The notes beneath the pieces were generated by a model, which saw only the letters and a list, made by a program, of their open reading frames with translations, made no database searches and had not been told where the DNA came from. DNA of 64,000 bases from a virus: IMG/VR virus record IMGVR_UViG_3300042308_000216, positions 1-64,000 of that record. One strand, written 5' to 3'. Shown one piece after another: positions 1 through 6,316 of the stretch. Every line of letters starts with the position of its first letter. The stretch's first letter is position 1. Made by a program: the position numbers and the translations under genes.

Positions 1-31
1 ATAGCCTCACACCTCAACACATTGTATTAAT

Positions 32-244
32 TTACTGCTCTTTTTCCATATCTAGACCTGTAGATACAGTTAAGATTAGAATAATAATGGTATGTAACAC
101 CCATATAGGTGAACATTGAATGTTATAGAATGTTTCCATAAATACAACAGACAATGTAAAATTAACAATAGAACCACCTATCATTAATAGGAAGAACATC
201 CCTGTTATCATCAGGAATGTTCTTAAGCTTGGATTATTTTTCAT
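32..244 (-). CDS. small membrane protein (2 predicted TM helices), putative early gene
   Basis: 70-aa ORF with two hydrophobic stretches; lies 2 nt downstream of the 247-351 ORF on the minus strand. Confidence 0.6.
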   Translation of the reverse strand: MKNNPSLRTFLMITGMFFLLMIGGSIVNFTLSVVFMETFYNIQCSPIWVLHTIIILILTVSTGLDMEKEQ

Positions 245-246
245 AT

Positions 247-351
247 CTATTTAATTTTAGGATTAAAATCATTGTAAATTTGAAGAAAGCCCATACCTGT
301 AATCACACCTGCAACCCAGCAGAATATGAGTAAATAGTCATTGAAAGTCAT
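247..351 (-). CDS. 34-aa single-TM peptide (MTFNDYLLIFCWVAGVITGMGFLQIYNDFNPKIK), not in ORF track
   Basis: ATG at 351-349, TAG at 249-247, 105 nt; hydrophobic core; tightly coupled to the next ORF at 244. Confidence 0.55.
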   Translation of the reverse strand: MTFNDYLLIFCWVAGVITGMGFLQIYNDFNPKIK

Positions 352-371
352 GAGATTTAGAATTAGAAGGT

Positions 372-820
372 TAGACAAAGTTGAGGACTCGCAATCTTTG
401 GTAGATCACTTATAAGGTTCGTTTTTATCCCCCTTATCATTTTAGATAGATAAATTAACTGTATTCACACACTTTACCAAAGTATGTTAAAAGAAACTTG
501 CAGTTCCTACAGTTAATCAGCCGTTATACCTAAGTATATTGAACTTTAAATCAGTATTCCACTACTGAGCAAGTACCAACGGGATGGAATTTGTATCCGT
601 TGAGATAATAGTTTTAAACAAGCTTTTGGCTGTTAAACTACAACTAGTTCTCACACTAATTGTTAAAGTTCCTGATTTTTAAGTCTGCACTAATTCCATG
701 TTACACTTATCAGAGTGTTTGATATCATCCCATTGTCCTATCTATAGATAGTATGCACTGATATGCATTGGATGAAACATGGTAATAGCCCCACAGGATT
801 GTCAGAGTTTATCAACTCTA
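372..820 (-). ncRNA. putative large, highly structured non-coding RNA (~450 nt) with pseudoknots
   Basis: ORF-free, with more than 10 complementary helices (e.g. 454-463/508-517, 541-549/663-671, 696-702/776-782, 725-730/770-775, 577-582/597-602, 551-556/563-568), loop-loop complementarity, and a G-U pair that favours the minus strand. Confidence 0.65.
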
Positions 821-823
821 AAG

Positions 824-855
824 AAAAAATAAGCAGTTTATGACTTGCTTAGGTC
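824..855 (-). other. compact H-type pseudoknot / terminator-like element
   Basis: minus strand reads GAC-C-TAAGCA-A-GTC-ATAAAC-TGCTTA-TTTTTT: two interleaved stems followed by a U tract. Confidence 0.45.
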
Positions 856-1009
856 TTGGAAACTATAACTAATCAAAGTCATAGTCCTGAATGTCTCTGA
901 TGATAACACCATTAACAACAGTAACGCGTTCTCTATACATGGGAATATGTATTAGAAGGTTTATGTGCTATATTTTAACAAATGATGAGTAACAGCACGT
1001 AACTCAATA

Positions 1010-1044
1010 AAGTAAGAGAATGATAGCACAGATGCTATCACTCT
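1010..1044 (-). terminator. intrinsic terminator-like hairpin downstream of the 1062-1304 ORF
   Basis: TGATAGCA(1021-1028)-CAGA-TGCTATCA(1033-1040) extended by AGAG/CTCT; U-rich tail on the minus strand. Confidence 0.5.
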
Positions 1045-1061
1045 CTAACTCTCACTAAATG

Positions 1062-1304
1062 CTACTTAGCACCTAGCATTACCTGATAGAATGTTCCATT
1101 CTCATTAGTAGCTTCTACTAACTTATGAGAATCATCAGGAATGTTAAATGCAAAGCCAATCTCTAATGCAGTATTAGTACGTAACCATGCTTTAGTCCCG
1201 ATAACAAAATCAGGAGCACCATCAGGTAACACACTTACAGCATTAGAGAATACACCTGGATTAGTTGCAGATGGTTTGCTAGAAATAACGATGAACTTAG
1301 CCAT
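1062..1304 (-). CDS. hypothetical protein (~80 aa, MAKFIVISSK...); track start at 1442 probably too long
   Basis: ORF with phage-like composition; the upstream extension runs through a GC-rich inverted repeat. Confidence 0.6.
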   Translation of the reverse strand: MAKFIVISSKPSATNPGVFSNAVSVLPDGAPDFVIGTKAWLRTNTALEIGFAFNIPDDSHKLVEATNENGTFYQVMLGAK

Positions 1305-1368
1305 GACTTTAGGGGATGGTACATTAGTTATGAACTGAAAGGAACTATTCCCTACAGCACTTTGACAG

Positions 1369-1421
1369 GGGTACCATACCTGCCCAACCTTAGTGGGGGT
1401 AGTTTGCATAAGGTGGTACCC
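1369..1421. repeat. GC-rich inverted repeat at the divergence point of the two genome arms
   Basis: GGGTACCA 1369-1376 / TGGTACCC 1414-1421 with inner CCT/AGG and TGC/GCA pairs. Confidence 0.6.
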
Positions 1422-1443
1422 ATTCCCATACTCACAAAACATT

Positions 1444-1477
1444 TTTGTTTTTTATAAAAAATTTTTATCTACCTTTG
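1444..1477 (+). promoter_or_regulatory. Bacteroidota housekeeping-sigma promoter (-33 TTTG / -7 TAnnTTTG)
   Basis: TTTG 1444-1447 and TACCTTTG 1470-1477 (spacer 22 nt). Confidence 0.55.
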
Positions 1478-1757
1478 TACTGTAACCTAATTTTAATACA
1501 CCTCTTAAAGTTAGACCACCCATAAGTAAAAGTGGGTTAGAAGTTGGATCAAAGGTTTATGAATAATAGACTAAGTTTCTCCGATAGTTACAAAAATGAT
1601 TTTGATATAATTGTAGGACTACCACCAACGTGTAAGGGAAAGAGTAGGCTAGGGGCTAAAAACCAACTACAGGAAATTCAAAATTAACATTCAAACCTCA
1701 AGGGGAAAATTATATCTACTCAGCAACAGGTAGTTAACATATAATCTATCTTTTTAT

Positions 1758-1788
1758 TTTGGATATCCAAACTATGGTTTTACATTTG
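1758..1788 (+). promoter_or_regulatory. Bacteroidota sigma promoter with a palindromic operator-like site
   Basis: TTTG 1758-1761, 19-nt spacer, TACATTTG 1781-1788; perfect palindrome TTTGGATATCCAAA 1758-1771. Confidence 0.7.
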
Positions 1789-1804
1789 TAAAAAACTATA
1801 AGAT

Positions 1805-2125
1805 ATGATAATGTATGAACCACACCCTAAGGGTATTTTAATTGAGTACAAGGAAGCAACTAAAACTTCAACTGGAGTTTACCTTCCTGATGGAATGCAG
1901 AATTTTGAATTAGATGACTATAATGGTGATACCATTATGGCTGTTGGTAAAGATGTTGAGCTTTATAAAGTAGGAGATACAGTTATGTTTTTCCCTCATT
2001 CTATTCCAACTAGCTTTCAAGGTAAAGATTCTGATGGTGTAAAACACAAATACCAAATGTTTAGAGAAGCTGACATCTGCTGCAAGTGTATTGTTAATAC
2101 TATTGAGCCTCCAACAATTTTATAA
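1805..2125 (+). CDS. groES: GroES/Cpn10-like co-chaperonin
   Basis: mobile-loop-like KTSTGVYLPD, then IMAVGKDV..KVGDTVMF and C-terminal FREADI, matching the Cpn10 pattern. Confidence 0.8.
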   Translation: MIMYEPHPKGILIEYKEATKTSTGVYLPDGMQNFELDDYNGDTIMAVGKDVELYKVGDTVMFFPHSIPTSFQGKDSDGVKHKYQMFREADICCKCIVNTIEPPTIL

Positions 2126-2349
2126 TGCTACAGTTAAATCCACCATTATGGTTATATATTCCAGAATTTGAAGCTTATGGTTTAGCTCACTTTGTTGAGA
2201 ACCATGGATTAGAGCATCATTTATACTGGACTGTATTTATGGATAATGGTGAGATTTGGACTTTACCTAATAATAGAGTAAGGGCTGGGTATAATAATAC
2301 TTTAGATAGACATGAAAAGAATAGAAATAAATGCAAGCCAACTCAATGA
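2125..2349 (+). CDS. hypothetical phage protein
   Basis: 74-aa ORF, TAATG-coupled to groES. Confidence 0.7.
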   Translation: MLQLNPPLWLYIPEFEAYGLAHFVENHGLEHHLYWTVFMDNGEIWTLPNNRVRAGYNNTLDRHEKNRNKCKPTQ

Positions 2350-2521
2350 GTTGTATACTACAGTAAATCACTTGCATAAGAATAAGCAACTAACTGAACA
2401 TATGGATGCAGATATAGAACATGGTGGCAATGTCATTAGGTTTATATATGATAGGAATATGGGAAGAAGAGGGTCTTGGGTAGTCATCACACCTATTAGT
2501 GTGGTGTATGATGAGGATTAA
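2312..2521 (+). CDS. hypothetical protein
   Basis: 69-aa ORF in the operon. Confidence 0.6.
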   Translation: MKRIEINASQLNELYTTVNHLHKNKQLTEHMDADIEHGGNVIRFIYDRNMGRRGSWVVITPISVVYDED

Positions 2522-2551
2522 TTTTGTATTTTTGTTTAAAGATTCTAAACA

Positions 2552-2842
2552 ATGATTATAGATCCTAAGTGTGGATCAAATACAGTAGTGTTTGTTCACA
2601 AAGAATTTGATGCAGTAATAGAAAAACTAGGTGTATACACAGAACTTGCTAAGAAATTTATTAAAAGGAATAAAAGGTATCAGTATATCAAACATGTGGA
2701 GAAACTTCCTGACGGAAAATGGGTCTTGGTTTTTAAAGTACTGCCATCTAATCATGAATCTATTAAGGAATATAATAGGATTGTAGAAGGTAGTAAGAGA
2801 GAACTCTGGATTAATTACTTAAACCACTTTATAATAGGATGA
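2552..2842 (+). CDS. hypothetical protein
   Basis: 96-aa ORF; TATTTTTG at 2527-2534 upstream. Confidence 0.65.
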   Translation: MIIDPKCGSNTVVFVHKEFDAVIEKLGVYTELAKKFIKRNKRYQYIKHVEKLPDGKWVLVFKVLPSNHESIKEYNRIVEGSKRELWINYLNHFIIG

Positions 2843-3162
2843 TAATCAAAGCTCTTGAACAAACTTTTACTATTAAAGATTCTAAAGACGAGAATGGAGA
2901 ACCCATCACTCTTGAGATTCCAGGAAAGTTTATAGTCAAGAGAGTTGAGATTCATGAAGTAATGGAGTTCTCAGAAATTATTAATGAGAGAACTAATAAA
3001 CCATACAAAACTAGATGCCTACTTAGGACTATAGATGGTTGGTTACCTGTTAAACATTCTTTTGAACAGTTAATGGAAATGAAGAATACACCACAAAGAG
3101 TAATAATACGAGGATTATATGCTGCAGCAAGAGGTAGTAAAAGTACTAACAGAAATAAGTAA
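2839..3162 (+). CDS. hypothetical protein
   Basis: 107-aa ORF with ATGA overlap. Confidence 0.65.
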   Translation: MIIKALEQTFTIKDSKDENGEPITLEIPGKFIVKRVEIHEVMEFSEIINERTNKPYKTRCLLRTIDGWLPVKHSFEQLMEMKNTPQRVIIRGLYAAARGSKSTNRNK

Positions 3163-3382
3163 AAGGCATAATATATCATACAAAGATGCTAAGAGTATTT
3201 ACTGTGATGTGTTTGTTTTTTTAGAAGAAGAGTTTAGTAAAATAAATGATAATAATCCAGAAACTTGGAATAGTAACTGTATTGTCAAAAATTTTGGTAA
3301 ATTTGTAGTAAATAAAAGTAAATTAAAAAGATATGGAACTATCAAAAAGATTAAGGGAGAACCCAATGAACTCCCCACTTAA
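3119..3382 (+). CDS. HU/IHF-like DNA-binding protein (divergent)
   Basis: helix-helix N-terminus followed by IVKNFGKFVV, the HU beta-arm start motif. Confidence 0.5.
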   Translation: MLQQEVVKVLTEISKRHNISYKDAKSIYCDVFVFLEEEFSKINDNNPETWNSNCIVKNFGKFVVNKSKLKRYGTIKKIKGEPNELPT

Positions 3383-3716
3383 GTTTATAGGAAGATTATT
3401 TGAACTTAGGGATGCTGCTCATGTTGAGCATTTAAAAACTAGAAGCTTTGCAGCACACAGTGCACTCAACGGATTTTATGATGAACTACTTGAATTAGCT
3501 GATGGCTTTGTAGAAAGCTACCAAGGTAAACATGGTATTGTTAACATTGATATTAAATACACAAAGCCAGATAGTTTCTTAACTTATCTTGAAGAGTTTG
3601 CTAAATATGTAGAAAGTTCAAGAGATGTGTTTAAAGATGAGTTTTTAAAAAACCAAGTTGATGAGATTGCATCACTAGCATACTCTACAATTTATAAATT
3701 AACATACCTTAAGTAA
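3366..3716 (+). CDS. ferritin/Dps-like four-helix bundle protein (DUF5856-like)
   Basis: AHVEHL..SFAAHSALNGFYDEL..LADGFVESYQG metal-ligand pattern; likely start 3366 (track gives 3333). Confidence 0.7.
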   Translation: MNSPLKFIGRLFELRDAAHVEHLKTRSFAAHSALNGFYDELLELADGFVESYQGKHGIVNIDIKYTKPDSFLTYLEEFAKYVESSRDVFKDEFLKNQVDEIASLAYSTIYKLTYLK

Positions 3717-4237
3717 TGAAGATTTTTGATCTAAAGGATAATGAGATTACTATCTCACCAGAGATCTTAACTATTGAGTGTTTTGAGACTCTTTGGAAGA
3801 GTGATAAGAGTAAAAATAAGATTAATGCTTACAACGACTTTAAGTATATTTACCATTTATGTGATTTCAACTCTCCATATAATAACTACTCAGAAGAAAA
3901 AAGAATTGAAGCAATCAAAGAGGAAGTTATCGGTAACAAAGAATATCAAGCTTCAGAGCAAGTCCAGCAGGCTTGTAAGATATACAAAGGACTAAAGGAA
4001 ACACCTATTGAAAGGTTGTTTAATAGTGTTAAGGATAAGATAGAAGAGATGTCAGACTATTTAAAAGAGAATACTCTTGATAGTGAATCAGTTACACCAG
4101 TATTGAAGATAATGGATTCTATTAGTAAGGTAATCTCACAATACAAGACATTAGAATCAGCAGTTAAATCTGAGAAAGAAACTACTGCTATTAAGAATAG
4201 AGGAGATAAAATTGTAAACACATCTTTTAATGTATGA
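3716..4237 (+). CDS. conserved protein upstream of TerL, candidate terminase small subunit
   Basis: position immediately before TerL; helical 173-aa protein. Confidence 0.5.
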   Translation: MKIFDLKDNEITISPEILTIECFETLWKSDKSKNKINAYNDFKYIYHLCDFNSPYNNYSEEKRIEAIKEEVIGNKEYQASEQVQQACKIYKGLKETPIERLFNSVKDKIEEMSDYLKENTLDSESVTPVLKIMDSISKVISQYKTLESAVKSEKETTAIKNRGDKIVNTSFNV

Positions 4238-6276
4238 TATTAAGTAATACAAAAGCATTCCTAGAGGCTAGAACAGAGTTTGAAACTACGGGATTTTATA
4301 CTAAAGCTCTTATTGGTACATACCAGTATAATGAGTTTTGGAAAGAGGAAGTAAGAAAGTGTATGGAAGGTGTAACTATAGGTAATGTCACAATACCTGG
4401 AACATATTATTTCTACCTGAACTACACTAGGATGCTTTTAAAAGATGAAAAAACTGGAAGAAAGACTGAAGGATTTCCTAGATTTACAGATGTAGATTTA
4501 GAATTCTTTACGTTAATTGAGCAAGCAAGAAAAGAGAAAAAAGGTTTTATCATGGTTAAGCCAAGAAGAACTGGATTTTCTTACAAGAATGCTGCACTAG
4601 TTGTACATGAATACAATTTTTTTAGAAATGCCAAGTGTATTATCTCTGCTTATGAAAATAAGTACTCAGATAATACAATGGCTATGACATTAAATAATAT
4701 TAACTTTTTAGATCAAAATACTGTATGGTATAAACCTAGAAACCCTAATACTCAAGACTATGTGAAGTCTAGACATCAACAAAAGATGGAAGATGGTAGA
4801 GATGTATGGGTAGGTTATCAATCTGATATTAGAAAAATTACATTTAAAGATAACTCATTTGCATCTGCAGGTATGAGTAGCTCTATTTTCCTATTTGAGG
4901 AAGCAGGTATCTTTAGTAATATCATAGAATCATACAATATTTCTGAGCCTTGCTGGAAAGATGGAGATGATGTTATTGGTATTCCTATTATTTATGGTAC
5001 AGGTGGAGACATGGGTGGTGGAACTGCTGCATTTTCTGAAATGTATTATGACCCAGAAAGGTTTAATCTCTTAGCATTCCCTAATGAGTGGGAACCTGAG
5101 AAGGGTAACCAACAATGTGGGTGGTTTTTACCATCTACTAAACAAAGATTTGGTGTATTCACTGACAAAGAAACTAAAAAAACTGTACCATTAGTAGATA
5201 ATGATGGAAATTCTAATGAAGAGTATGCTTTAAAGTCAATTATGGCTTATAGAGAAACTAAAAAAGGTAATCCATCAGCTTATAGAGATGCAGTAACACA
5301 ATATCCACTCACACCATCAGAAGCATTCTTAGTAACATCAGGAAATATGTTTCCTACTATGCTACTTAATGAAAGATTGGCTGATATTAAGGTTAATTCT
5401 CAAAAATATGTTGAGAGTAATTGGGTTGGTTACATTACACCACAAGAAGATGGTGAATTAAGGTTCACATCTATGGATAATGTATTACCACTTAGAGATT
5501 ATCCTATTAAACGTAGACCAGATGATGATATTAAGGGGTGTATTGAGGTTTATGAGCAACCTCAAAAAGATAGTGATGGGAAAGTCTTTGTTAGAAGGTA
5601 TGTTGTAGGTATTGACCCCTATGATGATGACTATTCTACTACAGATTCTGTAGGTTGTGCCTTTGTATTTGATAGATTTACTAGAAGAATAGTAGCTGAG
5701 TACACAGGTAGACCACAATTAGCTAAAGAATTCTATGAAAACTGTAGAAAGTTAATAGTATATTACAATGCTGCAGGATTTCCTGAGATTAATAAGTTAG
5801 GTTTTGTTACTTACATGGAACACAGAAAGTGTTTGCATATGTTAGCAGAAACTCCAGTACAACTTAGAGATAAGATTGAATGGAAACCTAATTTAAATAC
5901 ATCTTATGGGTTTAAAGCTACAGAAAGAACAAATACATGGGGTAGAGAGTTAATTAGAGAATGGTTATTAGAACCAATTGAACCTAACTCAGAAATACTT
6001 AATGTTAATAGACTCCGTTCTACAGGATTAATACAAGAATTGATTAAGTGGAATAAGGATGGAAACTTTGATAGAGTGTCAGCATTAATTGCTGTATTAA
6101 TACTAGATGTAACTTTAAACAAACAAGCAATACAAGCTGAAACAAGAAGTACTAAAAACTTTTTAGAATCTGACTTCTTTAAAGAAAGAGGATTTTTAAA
6201 GCACAGTGATGACCCATTTGCTGATAACAGCTATAGTGAAGGCGGTGCTTTTTTTAACAACATGTTTACCAAGTAA
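4234..6276 (+). CDS. terL: terminase large subunit
   Basis: YYFYLNY, Walker A KPRRTGFSY, Walker B FLFEEAG, GTGG, nuclease GIDPY and NFDRVSA motifs typical of crAss-like TerL. Confidence 0.95.
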   Translation: MILSNTKAFLEARTEFETTGFYTKALIGTYQYNEFWKEEVRKCMEGVTIGNVTIPGTYYFYLNYTRMLLKDEKTGRKTEGFPRFTDVDLEFFTLIEQARKEKKGFIMVKPRRTGFSYKNAALVVHEYNFFRNAKCIISAYENKYSDNTMAMTLNNINFLDQNTVWYKPRNPNTQDYVKSRHQQKMEDGRDVWVGYQSDIRKITFKDNSFASAGMSSSIFLFEEAGIFSNIIESYNISEPCWKDGDDVIGIPIIYGTGGDMGGGTAAFSEMYYDPERFNLLAFPNEWEPEKGNQQCGWFLPSTKQRFGVFTDKETKKTVPLVDNDGNSNEEYALKSIMAYRETKKGNPSAYRDAVTQYPLTPSEAFLVTSGNMFPTMLLNERLADIKVNSQKYVESNWVGYITPQEDGELRFTSMDNVLPLRDYPIKRRPDDDIKGCIEVYEQPQKDSDGKVFVRRYVVGIDPYDDDYSTTDSVGCAFVFDRFTRRIVAEYTGRPQLAKEFYENCRKLIVYYNAAGFPEINKLGFVTYMEHRKCLHMLAETPVQLRDKIEWKPNLNTSYGFKATERTNTWGRELIREWLLEPIEPNSEILNVNRLRSTGLIQELIKWNKDGNFDRVSALIAVLILDVTLNKQAIQAETRSTKNFLESDFFKERGFLKHSDDPFADNSYSEGGAFFNNMFTK

Positions 6277-6277
6277 T

Positions 6278-6312
6278 AATTTGTAAACTAAATAAACGTA
6301 AATTTGTAAACT
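6278..6312 (+). promoter_or_regulatory. promoter upstream of the portal gene with a direct repeat
   Basis: TAAATTTG 6299-6306; AATTTGTAAACT repeated at 6278 and 6301. Confidence 0.5.
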
Positions 6313-6316
6313 TAAT

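Noticed and set aside
672-690. tRNA-Leu-like anticodon arm (minus strand GCAGACTTAAAAATC)
   Set aside because: no T-arm (GTTCRA) or acceptor stem; treated as part of the larger structured RNA
895-910. CTGATGA hammerhead core
   Set aside because: no properly placed GAAA with flanking stems found
1141-1338. plus-strand 65-aa ORF
   Set aside because: antisense to the more plausible minus-strand gene 1062-1304, which has a downstream terminator
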